Origin: Eledone cirrhosa | Taxonomy: Eukaryota | NCBI GenBank assembly: GCA_964016885.1 | Contig: OZ024765.1 | Location: 1,302,001-1,366,000, forward strand | DNA length: 64,000 nucleotides | Direction: 5' to 3' | In this document: one piece after another, positions 41,714 through 55,900 of the stretch | How positions within the stretch are numbered: the stretch's first letter is position 1 | Layout of the letters: each line of letters begins with the position of its first letter | Program-made: the position numbers and the translations under genes | The notes under the pieces: model-generated | Told to the model about the DNA's origin: nothing | The model's database searches: none | What the model saw: the letters and a program-made list of their open reading frames with translations, nothing else

Positions 41714-41774
41714 TCTGGTTATAAAAGTGATTTGTTATGGTAGATAACTGTGATGGAGATTGGGATGTCAAAAC
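41714..41774 (-). CDS. CNOT2: CNOT2 exon
   Basis: VLTSQSPSQLSTITNHFYNQ. caacAG/GTAAGT boundaries. Confidence 0.85.
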
Positions 41775-42029
41775 CTGTTGGAAATTTAATAAAATATTTG
41801 GAGGAATTAGAAATATTTGGAACAATACAGCAACAATTAAGGAGCTCAATATTTTAACCATTCCAATATCCCGGTACCAACAATATGTGACTACATCCCA
41901 CCATCCCAGTACCAACAATATGTGACTATATCTCACCATCCCAGTATTCATTAATTAATTAACTGAAATACAGTGTATGTTATTAGAAATATGGTAACGA
42001 AGTGGATAAATTTTCAAGAAAAATCTTAC

Positions 42030-42095
42030 CTCTTTGTCAGGTCTAAAAATTGGGGGCATATAAAAACTAGGTTCATCCTCTTCTTCAAAAAAGGT
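42030..42095 (-). CDS. CNOT2: CNOT2 exon
   Basis: TFFEEEDEPSFYMPPIFRPDKE. ttccAG/GTAAGA boundaries. Confidence 0.85.
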
Positions 42096-42104
42096 CTGGA
42101 ATAA

Positions 42105-42106
<2 letters not shown>

Positions 42107-42135
<29 letters not shown>

Positions 42136-42830
42136 GCTTTCTTTATTAACCACTAGGGTTGACATAAAGTATAACATTAAGGACAGCACAGGATGGTACA
42201 AATGGGCAGTTCTGCATGTAATAAAAAAAAAAAAAAAAAAAAAAAAAATTATATGTATAAAAAAAGAAACAAGGAAAAATTCCCCAATAGCAGGTGGGAG
42301 GGGACTTCCAAGGGTCACACGTGGAGAAAGCCCACAAAAAAGTCACGGTTACCCTGACTGCTAGGGCAAGTGCCCTCTTCCAGTTTTCCTTCTACGATGC
42401 TACAGGCACACACTCAGGGTAGGGCCATGTTTGCCTCTCTCACCCACCTTTCAACAAACTGGCTGGAAGGCAGCACTTCCCTCTCCACCCTCATTTTCCT
42501 TTTCAGGTGAAACCTGAAAAAGTTAATGAGGGCGTTACCGAAGAGGAAAGTACCCGTCTTCAACCCTTTCAAACACGTCCACCATATGACCTCTTTTACC
42601 ATGGCTACCAAGCAGATCAAAACTGCCTGACCCTCCTGGTTGAAGGAGGGCGGCGAGGTAATCTTCACGATAGACTCAGCTGATAGCTGAATCCGTCCTT
42701 CACACGGCAGATGTTCGAGATAAACCCACAAGTCAGCGATGCTCGGACACTGGACGAGTGCGTGCAGGACGGTTTCGTCGCCCTGCGCGCATCTCAGACA
42801 GGCCCCAGCTGATAGGCACTTCCATGCCAT
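42107..42830 (-). mobile_element. 5'-truncated Tx1/L1-like LINE in a CNOT2 intron
   Basis: CLRCAQGDETVLHALVQC (CCHC zinc-finger type) and KEVIWWT, then a 3' UTR with AATAAA and an (ATT)n tail. Confidence 0.85.
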
Positions 42831-42877
42831 TAGAAATACGGTAACGAAAGGGTAGAGTAAAAACAAGCGCTGCTTAC

Positions 42878-42982
42878 CTTTCTGGCTTTAGGTGGTTGTT
42901 GCTGCTGCTGTTGTTGTTGTTGCTGCTGCTGCGATGGGGGTGGCGGCTGCTGTTGTGGTTGCTGCTGCTGTAATCCAATCAT
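42878..42982 (-). CDS. CNOT2: CNOT2 probable first coding segment with polyQ (whole exon 42878-43046)
   Basis: MIGLQQQQPQQQPPPPSQQQQQQQQQQQPPKARK then GTAAGC. The frame stays open up to the acceptor at 43046, so an upstream start is possible. Confidence 0.75.
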
Positions 42983-43461
42983 GTTTGGAGTTGTCTTGCT
43001 ACCAGCAGATAAGTCACCTGATTCTCCTTGGCTTTCTAAAGGATATCTGTCACAAATATAAACATTGGACATGGTAAGAAACTTTCTTAAGTTATGTTCC
43101 AAACACCGACTTAATAAATGGGAAAGTTAATTATCTTTCTAAATCACTCAAAATCTTTTGATTATTTCCTAAATTATTTCAAAACCATACCACAGTGTCT
43201 TTCATTAGAAATATGGTAACTGGCTGCTCATACTGTTGTTAATGTATTGTGCTCAAAATAAATAATATCAAAATTTCATAAATTTGATATGTGAGGTAAA
43301 GCCTTTACCATGAAAATACAATAGTATATATAGAGTAATGTAAATGGTAAAGGGTTAAAATAGTAGGAAAAGTCTTAACGTTTCGAAAGATTCCACTTTA
43401 AGGTAAAAGCAGAAATTGTTTGCTTAAAATTTTAATCTGTACTAATAATAAACATACACAC

Positions 43462-43497
<36 letters not shown>

Positions 43498-43520
43498 CTT
43501 CACGTTATACTCCCTGGATG

Positions 43521-43556
<36 letters not shown>

Positions 43557-44409
43557 TATATATATATAAGTATAACTTCACGTTACACTCCCTGGATATA
43601 TATATATACACATATATATAAGTATAAATAATGTGTGTATGCAAAAAAGTAAACAGATATCACAGGGAAACAATACTGTACAATGAAGAAATATATTAGT
43701 TTAACGCTTGATATAGTAGGAAAAGAGTCAAAGTTTCAGACATTAGTCCTTCATCAGAAGATATAACGAAACAAAAAAGAAAGACTAGAGTGAGAAGAGG
43801 AAGAAAAAGAAAGGTATACACACACAATATATATATATATATATATTTATATATAAACAATCACTCAACACTGTCTAGTGATATGTAGATATGTAAAGCT
43901 ATACCAGTTAATCTTGTTATAGATAAAAAAAAGTCCAGGAAAAATAGTTATGGATTATCATAATTTTATATAAGAACCTTTGTTAAGTTATGTTCAAAAC
44001 ACCAGATTAAAAAAGTGAAAAAATTAGTTACATTACTAAAGACCTCAAAATACTTGATTATTTACAAAATTTAATTGAAAAATCATAGGGAGGGGTGCTT
44101 TCTAATAGAAATATGGTAATGAAAGGGTTAAAAAATTCATTGTTTGGGGTGTTTTCTAATGGAAATATGGTGACGAAAGTGTTAAAAAAAATAGTATTCT
44201 ACTTACTAAGCATTCCCCAAAAAGTGGTTAGCTCCAAATCTTCTGTAGGAATAGAAGAAAATTATAAAAACTAACTATAAATTCTAAGTAACAATATACA
44301 AGAAACGAGAATTTTTCAAGCTATTAACTTCATTTTAACAGATAAAAGCTTTTCCTTTCAATAGTTGCACCCACACATATTCTGTGTACCTGGTTTATAA
44401 TATGTACAT

Positions 44410-44935
44410 CATATCCCTGTGTATATCTGGTTTACAACAGGTACACTGTATCCCTGTATATACCAGGTTTACAATAGGTACACTGTATCCCTGTATATAC
44501 CAGGTTTACAATAGGTACACTGTATCCCTGTATATACCAGGTTTACAATAGGTACACTGTATCCCTGTATATACCAGGTTTACAACAGGTACACTGTATC
44601 CCTGTATATACCAGGTTTACAATAGGTACACTGTATCCCTGTATATACCAGGTTTACAATAGGTACACTGTATCCCTGTATATACCAGGTTTACAATAGG
44701 TACACTGTATCCCTGTATATACCAGGTTTACAATAGGTACACTGTATCCCTGTATATACCAGGTTTACAACAGGTACACTGTATCCCTGTATATACCAGG
44801 TTTACAATAGGTACACTGTATCCCTGTATATACCAGGTTTACAATAGGTACACTGTATCCCTGTATATACCAGGTTTACAATAGGTACATTGTATGCTAG
44901 TGTATATCTGGTTTACAACAGGTACATTGTATCCC
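44410..44935. repeat. 37-bp minisatellite, about 13 copies
   Basis: Unit ggtacactgtatccctgtatataccaggtttacaata. Confidence 0.96.
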
Positions 44936-45670
44936 TTCCAGTGGGTCCTGTCTGAGCCAACCGTCTCCAACCAATATGGCTGGATCCTAAAGTGAGACCA
45001 GCCAAGCTCATGGATGTTATCCAACCACCATACTCAGAGTCTACCCCTGGGTCTCTTGCTGGTTGGCTTTGCCCGTAAAATCTGTCCAGTGATTCTTTCC
45101 TGAGACATTCTAACCACATGTCCATAGTATCAGAGCTGGGATCTCTCAATTCAGAGAAGTAGTAGCTCTACCTGGAGTTACTCTTTGATCTCTGAGCTAC
45201 AAATCTGTCCAGTGATTCTTTCCTGAGACATTCTAACCACATGTCCATAGTATCAGAGCTGGGATCTCTCAATTCAGAGAAGTAGCAGCTCTACCTGGAG
45301 TGACTCTCTGATCTCTGAGCTACAAATCTGTCCAGTGATTCTTTCCTGAGACATTCTAACCACATGTCCATAGTATCAGAGCTGGGATCTCTCAATTCAG
45401 AGAAGTAGCAGCTCTACCTGGAGTGACTCTCTGATCTCTGAGCTACAAATCTGTCCAGTGATTCTTTCCTGAGACATTCTAACCACATGTCCATAGTATC
45501 AGAGCTGGGATCTCTCAATTCAGAGAAGTAGCAGCTCTACCTGGAGTGACTCTCTGGTCTCTGAGCTACAAATCTGTCCAGTGATTCTTTCCTGAGACAT
45601 TCTAACCACATGTCCATAGTATCGGAGAAGTAACGGCTCTACCTGGAGCAACTACTAATCTCTGAGCTAT
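44930..45670 (-). mobile_element. RTE LINE 3' fragment with an internal 123-bp tandem amplification (about 4.5 copies)
   Basis: Minus strand reads ...YYGHVVRMSQERITGQILRAKPTSKRPRGR..WLDNIHELGW. Period 123 from 45081. Confidence 0.85.
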
Positions 45671-46721
45671 GCACTCTATCAAGTAACATTACTCACATCA
45701 AACTGTTGGCCTTGTACCAAAAGTAGAAACAATGTCACTTTATGTTGAGTTCAAATCCTGCCATTAAAGTACCAGTAACGCACTGGAGTTGATTTAACCC
45801 ATTAGCATTTACATTACTCTATATATACTGTTATATTTTCACGGTAAAGGCTTTACCTTATAATTATCTCATATAATATCGAATCTATGAGATTTTAATA
45901 TTTATTGTGAGAACAATACCTTAACATCAGTATGAGAGACCAGTTACAGCCAGTTTGAACAGAAAGATGTGAGAGAATTCTGGTCAGATATGGCCAGTGA
46001 CAGCCAGTTTAAACAGAAAGAGGTGAGAGAATTCTGACCAGATATGGCCAGTTTGAACAGAAAGAGGTGAGAGAATTCTGACCAGATATGGCCAGTTACA
46101 GCCAGTTTAAACAGAAAGAGGTGAGAGAATTCTGACCAGATATGGCCAGTTTAAATGCTAAAGGGTTAACCAACTTTCCCCTCCCCCAAATTGTTGGCCT
46201 TGTGCCTAAATCAGAAACCATTATTATTACATATACAAATCAAAATATTAGAGATATGACAAAATGTATTTTAGACTCGGTTTAGCAGAAAACATAAACA
46301 ACAGTAGTTGTTAGTAAATATTTCTAACAACTGACTAAATATGTGTTAGTTATTTACTAGTACTAGCTAGTAATAACTTAGATTTAGATTTTATACATAT
46401 CTTTGTTTATTTAACCCTTGATAAAAATAAAAAAACCCTTAGTTCTAAATAATATTTATTTTAAAGTGTTTATACTTATCTGAAACCTTTCCATCAGTTA
46501 GGTTCCAAATAATAATATCCGGGTAGAATTGTTTCACCTCTTTCTATTCAAACCGGCTGTAACTGGCCACTCATACTGACATTAATGTATTGTTCTCAAA
46601 ATAAATAATATCAAAATCTCACAGACTCAATATTATGTGAGATAAAGCCTTTACCGTGGAAATATAATAGTAAATATAGAGTAATATAAATGCTAAAGGG
46701 TTAATACATCTCTTTAAATTC

Positions 46722-47266
46722 TTTCATCAGAAATAAGGTAATGAAAGGGTTAATGACATAGACAGTGTCTTTCATTAGAAATATGGTAATGAAAGGGTTA
46801 ATGACATAGACAGTGTCTTTCATTAGAAATATGGTAATGAAAGGGTTAATGACATAGACAGTGTCTTTCATTAGAAATATGGTAATGAAAGGGTTAATGA
46901 CATAGACAGTGTCTTTCATTAGAAATATGGTAATGAAAGGGTTAATGACATAGGCAGTGTCTTTCATTAGAAATATGGTAATGAAAGGGTTAATGACATA
47001 GACAGTGTCTTTCATTAGAAATTTGGTAATGAAAGGGTTAAAGACAGGCAGTGTCTTTCATTAGAAATATGGTAATGAAAGGGTTAATGACATAGACAGT
47101 GTCTTTCATTAGAAATATGGTAATGAAAGGGTTAATGACATAGACAGTGTCTTTCATTAGAAATATGGTAATGAAAGGGTTAATGACATAGACAGTGTCT
47201 TTCATTAGAAATATGGTAATGAAAGGGTTAATGACATAGACTGTCTTTCATTAGAAATATGGTAAA
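46722..47266. repeat. 48-bp minisatellite, about 11 copies, containing a GGG-TTAA MITE terminus
   Basis: Unit ttagaaatatggtaatgaaagggttaatgacatagacagtgtctttca. Confidence 0.95.
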
Positions 47267-47436
47267 GGAAAGAGACAATGCGTACTGGAAGCAAGAAGTG
47301 GTTAGAGAAAAGATGCCGTGAGATATCTGGCAGATGACACTGCAGTAGGTTTCAAGGATTTGCAACATGTAGGAGAATTAATAGGAGGCCATCTTGTAAC
47401 ACTGATGGTCTCAGAGAAACTTATATACACTTACAC

Positions 47437-47475
<39 letters not shown>

Positions 47476-48804
47476 CATGCACACACAGATGATACATAAA
47501 CACATACACACACATTATACATACATATATTATACATGCACACACAAACATATATATATATATGTGTGTATATCATACATCATCATCAGCGACATTTTTA
47601 GGTTCACATTTCCATTCTTCGCTGCCCCTTTTTTTAGTCCGACCCATGCTAGCAACGACAATGATCATTGTTTCTACTTGTTGGCACAAGGCCAGCAATT
47701 ATCCCAGTGTATTACTGGTACTTTATTTTATCGACCCCGTAAGGATGAAAGGCAAAGTTAACCTCGGCGGGATTTGAACTCAGTCCATAAAGGGATGTAA
47801 CTGTGCTGCAAAGCATGGCGTCCGACCCTCTACTGATACTGCCAATCCACCGCAATGATATCATATAAGTCTGTATATATATATACCTCCATTACACACA
47901 CATGATTATATATACACATATATATATATATACATACATACATACATATATACACACAAACATATATATACACACATACACACAGACACAAATGGAAGTT
48001 AAACGATGATGATGATATCATCATCATCGTTTAACGTCTATCTTCCACGCTAGCATGGGTTAAGACAGGAGTTGTCCCACTTGAGGCAAGATTGGTCGTC
48101 TCGCTCGCATAGGACTGTCTGGCGGGTTTTCTACGGCTGGATGCCCTTCCTAACACCAACCACGTTTACAGTGTGGACTGGGAGATGTTTACCGTGTTAC
48201 CTACACGACCACATTACAGTGTGGTAAGAAACCAGGTGGACCATAACCCACCAGAGTACTCAACACTTGGGGTAGTAGAGTGGGTAATAGGAAACGAGTC
48301 AGGACCCCGACGGCTGAGCTCCGGCCGTTTCGACAGCTAGATCCGAACTGTTCGGATCTCGCTGTCGAAACGGCCGGAGCTCAGCCGTCGGGGTCCTGAC
48401 TCTTTTCCTACATCTATATATATATACACAAACACACACACACACATACATACATACATACAAACATTCACACACTCAAACACAAACATACACACACTCA
48501 AACACAATTTCATCAACATGCGTATAAACTACACCAGAGAAAATATATACACCTACTCTACAGAGGTGAAATTGAAAGTATTCTTTAAGTGGAAATATTC
48601 CCCAACAGAACTGGTAAGAATCATGACAGTTATGTTTTTAAAAAGCCATTATTACAATGATGACAATACAGGGTGTCCCCAAAAATGTATACACACTTTG
48701 ATCAGAATGCTGTTGAAGTGTGTATACATTTTTTTGGGGGGGACACCTTGTATATTGCAGACATATTAGAGTTAAAATAAGATATCTATATTTAAAAACT
48801 TGAG

Positions 48805-49470
48805 GGGAGTAGAGTGTAGTTTATAGAGTTATACTTGGTTGATTTTGGTTAACAGAACCAACACTACCACTACTACTACTGTTACCACCAACACCACTAC
48901 TACTTCTAACACCTACACTACCACCACCACTGTTGAGGGAAGTAGAGTGTAGTTTATAGAGAAATATACTTGGTTTTGGTCAACCAACGGACAGAACCAA
49001 AACTACCACTACTACCACCACCACCACCACTACTACTACTACTAACACCAACACTACCACCACTACTACTACTACTACCACCACCACCACCACTACTACT
49101 ACTACTAACACCTACACTACCACAACTAACACCTACACTGCTGAGGGAAGTAGAGTGTAGCTTATAGAGAAATATACTTGGTTTTGGTCAACCAATGGAC
49201 AGAACCAAAACTACCACTACTACTACTACAACCACCACCACTACCACCACCACCATTACTACTACTAACACCTACACTGTTGAGGGAAGAAGAGTGTAGT
49301 TTATAGAGAAATATACTTGGTTTCGGTCAACCAACGGACAGCACCAACATTACTACCACCACCACCACCACTACTACTACTATCACTACCACTAGCACCA
49401 CCACTACTACTAACACCTACACCACCATCACCACTACCACCCACAACACCACTACCACTATTAATGCCAT
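48805..49470. repeat. Four degenerate tandem units with embedded (CTA/CCA)n
   Basis: Anchor gagggaagtagagtgtagtttatagagaaatatacttgg repeats with variable trinucleotide spacers. Confidence 0.85.
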
Positions 49471-50595
49471 CAGCACCTCCACAGCGTTATTACATCAGTA
49501 TATGCATGTGTATATGTGTGTGTGTATATATATATATATATATACATATTTACGATATATACACATATATTTAGGGTGATCCCCCAAAATGTATACATAC
49601 TTCGATATATAGATATATATATACATATACATACATACACACACACCACAACCACCACCACCACTACTACAACTACTACATATATCTCAATTTTCCGAAA
49701 CTAAATTATATCGCGCTGATATATTTATTGGTATCGATTTAATATAACAAATATAAATATAAAAAAAAATGAGATAAAACTAAATAAAAACCAGAGGCAC
49801 GAGACCTTGGAGGTAATTATATTACACAGGGTATATATATAGTGTATATATATCTATATATATAGTATATAAACACACACAGACACGCGGATATAGTATA
49901 TATACACACATCTATATATATATAGTCGTGGTAATTCCCGTTTTTCGTGAAAACGTTAGCAGTGTGTGTATATATTTATATATAGGGTGTACCCCAAAAA
50001 TGTATACATACTTTGATCAGAATGTTGTTGAAGTGTGTATACATTTTTGGGGGACATTGTGTAGTATGCTAAAAATAAACGGAAAGCAAGCTACATAGTA
50101 TTATATATAATATATATACACACACACACACACACACGAAACATTCGGGACCCCGAATGTTTAGAAGTATTTGTGTATATGTATATCTGTGCCTGCATAT
50201 ATTTATATGTAACGGCAGGAGCTCAACCGTCGGGGTCCCGAATGTTTCGTGTGTGTGTGTGTGTGTGTATATATATTATATATAATACTATGTAGCTTGC
50301 TTTCCGTATATATATATATACATATATAACGAAGGAATTGTGGTAAGGAACCAGATGGACCATAACGCACCAGAGTACTCAATACTTAGGGTAGTAGAGT
50401 GGGAAATAGGAAAGAGTATGACCCCGACGGCAGAGTTCAAGCCGTTTCGAAACGGCTTGAGCTCTGCCGTCGGGGTCATACTTTTTCCTATATATATATA
50501 TATACATACACATATATGTGTGTATGTGTGAATGTTTTGTCCGTACGTAGATGAAATATACTACACAAAGGGATGGTGATGAAGCAGGAGAAAGG

Positions 50596-50663
<68 letters not shown>

Positions 50664-51611
50664 ACAATATCTATATATATACTGAAGACTAACGCGAGAT
50701 TGCGAAATATACACACGTAATGAAACATTAATACACAATGAAACATATATATATAATTGTTTCTACTTTTGGCACAAGGCCAGCAATTACCCCAGTGTAT
50801 TACTGGTACTTTATTTTACTGACCCCGTAAGGATGAAAGGAAAAATTAAACATATATATATATATATAATGAAACACACACACACATATATATATATATA
50901 GAAACACACACACATATATATAATGAAACACACACACACACATATATAGAGACACACACACATATATAGACACACACACATATATATATAGACACACACA
51001 CATATAGACACACACACATATATATATAGAGACACACACATATATATATATAGACACACACACACATATATATACATACACATATATATGTGTACGGATC
51101 TATACACACACACACTCTCGTAGAATACACACGTATATATATATATATATATATAAATATATAAATAAATATATAAATAAATACATAATATATATATATA
51201 AATAAATACATAATATATATATATATGTAAATACATAATATATTTATATATAAATAAATACATAATATATATATATATAAATACATACATTATATATATA
51301 TAAATAAATACATAATATATATATATATAAATAAATACATAATATATATATATATATAACATAACATATATATAGAGAGAAAGAGAGACCGAGATACAGG
51401 GTGTCCCCCAAAAATATATACACTGTTCATCAGCATTCTAATAAATATTGCCTGTTACAAGTAATTGATACATTTCTGGGGACATACTATATATATCTAT
51501 CTATATATCTATCTATCTATATATATCTATATATAGTGAATATATTGTGACATGTAACGGTCGATATACAATAACATTTTAAAGTGAAACTTCGTCATAT
51601 CACAATTACAA

Positions 51612-51653
<42 letters not shown>

Positions 51654-52269
51654 GAGTATATGTTTCAATCAGGGCTAACAGATCTAGTCCTGTAGAAGCG
51701 ATTTCTATATTAAATTATATATATATATATATACACACACACATGTATATATACACAAAACACACATAAATATATCTCACATCTCTCTATCTATATATAC
51801 ACACACATATATGTATATATATCTGTATATACACACATCTATATATAAGTATTGATATGAGATTGTCAGCTTACAAGAACACACACACACACACACATAT
51901 ATATCTATACATTACACATACTACACTACATATATACACACACACTATATATATAGTGTGTGTATATATATATACAGTATATATACTATATATAGTTAGG
52001 TTTTTCAACTTACATTCAACGAGAACTGTTTTGGATTAAACTAAAATAACAGAAATGTACATCTGCATACATACATACATACACACACATATATATATAT
52101 ATATATACATACATAATCACATATATACACACACAGATCAGCATGCACACACATATATATCTATTGCATATACACACATACATACCTGTGCGTATATATA
52201 TACACACATGTATATATTTATACATACATATAGATAGATATATATCTTTATATTAAAGGTTGTCAACTT

Positions 52270-52345
52270 ACAGAGATTTACGAAGACAACCGGAAGTGTT
52301 CAGTATTCTCATAACTCAAATATTAACCGGAACCGGAAATAGAGC
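52270..52345 (-). promoter_or_regulatory. Candidate CNOT2 promoter and first exon
   Basis: Unique sequence with ETS-type CCGGAAGT and two more CCGGAA motifs. Minus-strand GTAAGT donor near 52271. A possible mini-exon lies at 52014-52040. Confidence 0.45.
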
Positions 52346-52994
52346 ATGGAAATGGATCTTTTTTTTTTCCTCTCTCCATTTTCTCCTTTTTCTTTCGTTT
52401 CTTTTTTGTTTTTTTTTAAATTATTTTCAACGTGAGATGATGGAGGAGGGCGGGGGAACGATCGCCAGCCCTGGGGGGCTCAGGGGGTAATATACAAAAT
52501 AGTGTAGGGGGTTCGATTTACACCCAGAAATATCTGAGAAGTGTGATTATGTGGGTGTGTTGATATGATATTATTACTATCATAACCCCCACCTCCCACC
52601 CCCTGAGCGTCAGACACCATGCTCTGCAGCATAGAGTTATGCCCCTTTACGTTCTGAGTTCAAATTCCCGCCGGGGTTAACTTTGCATTTCATCCTTACA
52701 GGGGTCGAATCCCCAAATTACTGGCCTTGTGCCTATACTACAAACCGTTATTATTATTATTGGATTGGCAGTATCGGTAGAGGGTCGGGCGCCATGCTTT
52801 GCAGCATAGAGTTACGGCTTTTTACGTTCTGAGTTCAAATCACGTCGAGGTTAACTTTGCCTTTCATTCTTACGGGGGTCGATAAAATAAAGTACCAGTA
52901 ATACACTGGGTTTTTGCTGAGCTTGTGCCAAAAGTAGAAGCAATTATTATTACTACTAATGCTCCATAAAAATTCTTTCTTTCTAATTTTGGCA

Positions 52995-55900
52995 CAGACT
53001 GTTGAGGACCAGGGGTGTGTTTTTACTGTTCAGCTAAGGTGACACTGACTAACAGACTGTTGAGGACCAGGGGTGTGTTTTTACTGTTCAGCTAGGGTGA
53101 CACTGGCTAACAGACTGTTGAGGACCAGGGTGTGTTTTTACTGTTCAGCTAAGGTGACACTGACTAACAGACTGTTGAGGACCAGGGGTGTGTTTTTACT
53201 GTTCAGCTAAGGTGACACTGACTAACAGACTGTTGAGGACCAGGCGTGTGTTTTTACTGTTCAGCTAGGGTGACACTGGCTAACAGACTGTTGAGGACCA
53301 GGGGTGTGTTTTTACTGTTCAGCTAGGGTGACACTGGCTAACAGACTGCTGAGGACCAGGGGTGTGTTTTTACTGTTCAGCTAAGGTGACACTGGCTAAC
53401 AGACTGTTGAGGACCAGGGTGTGTTTTTACTGTTCAGCTAAGGTGACACTGGCTAACAGACTGTTGAGGACCTGAGGTGTGTTTTTACTGTTCAGCTATG
53501 GTGACACTGGCTAACAGACTGTTGAGGACCAGGGGTGTGTTTTTACTGTTCAGCTAGGGTGACACTGGCTAACAGACTGTTGAGGACCAGGGGTGTGTTT
53601 TTACTGTTCAGCTAGGGTGACACTGGCTAACAGACTGTTGAGGACCAGGGGTGTGTTTTTACTGTTCAGCTAAGGTGACACTGGCTAACAGACTGTTGAG
53701 GACCAGGGGTGTGTTTTTACTGTTCAGCTAAGGTGACACTGGCTAACAGACTGTTGAGGACCAGGGGTGTGTTTTTACTGTTCAGCTAAGGTGACACTGG
53801 CTAACAGACTGTTGAGGACCAGGGGTGTGTTTTTACTGTTCAGCTAAGGTGACACTGGCTAACAGACTGTTGAGGACCAGGGGTGTGTTTTTACTGTTCA
53901 GCTATGGTGACACTGGCTAACAGACTGTTGAGGACCAGGGGTGTGTTTTTACTATTCAGCTAAGGTGGCACTGGCTAACAGACTGTTGAGGACCAGGGGT
54001 GTGTTTTTACTGTTCAGCTAAGGTGACACTGGCTAACAGACTGTTGAGGACCAGGGGTGTGTTTTTACTGTTCAGCTAGGGTGACACTGGCTAACAGACA
54101 GTTGAGGACCAGGGGTGTGTTTTTACTGTTCAGCTAAGGTGACACTGGCTAACAGACTGTTGAGGACCAGGGGTGTGTTTTTACTGTTCAGCTATGGTGA
54201 CACTGGCTAACAGACTGTTGAGGACCAGGGGTGTGTTTTTACTATTCAGCTAAGGTGGCACTGGCTAACAGACTGTTGAGGACCAGGGGTGTGTTTTTAC
54301 TGTTCAGCTATGGTGACACTGGCTAACAGACTGTTGAGGACCAGGGGTGTGTTTTTACTATTCAGCTAAGGTGGCACTGGCTAACAGACTGTTGAGGACC
54401 AGGGGTGTGTTTTTACTGTTCAGCTAAGGTGACACTGGCTAACAGACTGTTGAGGACCAGGGGTGTGTTTTTACTGTTCAGCTAGGGTGACACTGGCTAA
54501 CAGACAGTTGAGGACCAGGGGTGTGTTTTTACTGTTCAGCTAAGGTGACACTGGCTAACAGACTGTTGAGGACCAGGGGTGTGTTTTTACTGTTCAGCTA
54601 TGGTGACACTGGCTAACAGACTGTTGAGGACCAGGGGTGTGTTTTTACTATTCAGCTAAGGTGGCACTGGCTAACAGACTGTTGAGGACCAGGGGTGTGT
54701 TTTTACTGTTCAGCTATGGTGACACTGACTAACAGACTGTTGAGGACTTGAGGTGTGTTTTTACTGTTCAGCTAAGGTGACACTGACTAACAGACTGTTG
54801 AGGACCTGAGGTGTGTTTTTACTGTTCAGCTATGGTGACACTGGCTAACAGACTGTTGAGGACCAGGGGTGTGTTTTTACTATTCAGCTAAGGTGGCACT
54901 GGCTAACAGACTGTTGAGGACCAGGGGTGTGTTTTTACTGTTCAGCTAAGGTGACACTGGCTAACAGACTGTTGAGGACCAGGGGTGTGTTTTTACTGTT
55001 CAGCTAGGGTGACACTGGCTAACAGACTGTTGAGGACCAGGGGTGTGTTTTTACTGTTCAGCTAAGGTGACACTGGCTAACAGACTGTTGAGGACCAGGG
55101 GTGTGTTTTTACTGTTCAGCTATGGTGACACTGGCTAACAGACTGTTGAGGACCAGGGGTGTGTTTTTACTATTCAGCTAAGGTGGCACTGGCTAACAGA
55201 CTGTTGAGGACCAGGGGTGTGTTTTTACTGTTCAGCTATGGTGACACTGACTAACAGACTGTTGAGGACTTGAGGTGTGTTTTTACTGTTCAGCTATGGT
55301 GACACTGGCTAACAGACTGTTGAGGACCAGGGGTGTGTTTTTACTGTTCAGCTAAGGTGACACTGGCTAACAGACTGTTGAGGACCTGAGGTGTGTTTTT
55401 ACTGTTCAGCTATGGTGACACTGGCTAACAGACTGTTGAGGACCTGAGGTGTGTTTTTACTGTTCAGCTCAGGTGACACTGGCTAACAGACTGTTGAGGA
55501 CCAGGGGTGTGTTTTTACTGTTCAGCTAAGGTGACACTGACTAACAGACTGTTGAGGACTTGAGGTGTGTTTTTACTGTTCAGCTAAGGTGACACTGACT
55601 AACAGACTGTTGAGGACCTGAGGTGTGTTTTTACTGTTCAGCTAAGGTGACACTGGCTAACAGACTGTTGAGGACCAGGGGTGTGTTTTTACTGTTCAGC
55701 TAAGGTGACACTGGCTAACAGACTGTTGAGGACCAGGGGTGTGTTTTTACTGTTCAGCTAAGGTGATACTGGCTAACAGACTGTTGAGGACCAGGGGTGT
55801 GTTTTTACTGTTCAGCTAAGGTGACACTGGCTAACAGACTGTTGAGGACCAGGGGTGTGTTTTTACTGTTCAGCTAAGGTGACACTGACTAACAGACTGC

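Noticed and set aside
48805-49470. Constant repeat with variable spacers
   Set aside because: The spacers are CTA/CCA microsatellite length variants, not acquired sequence.
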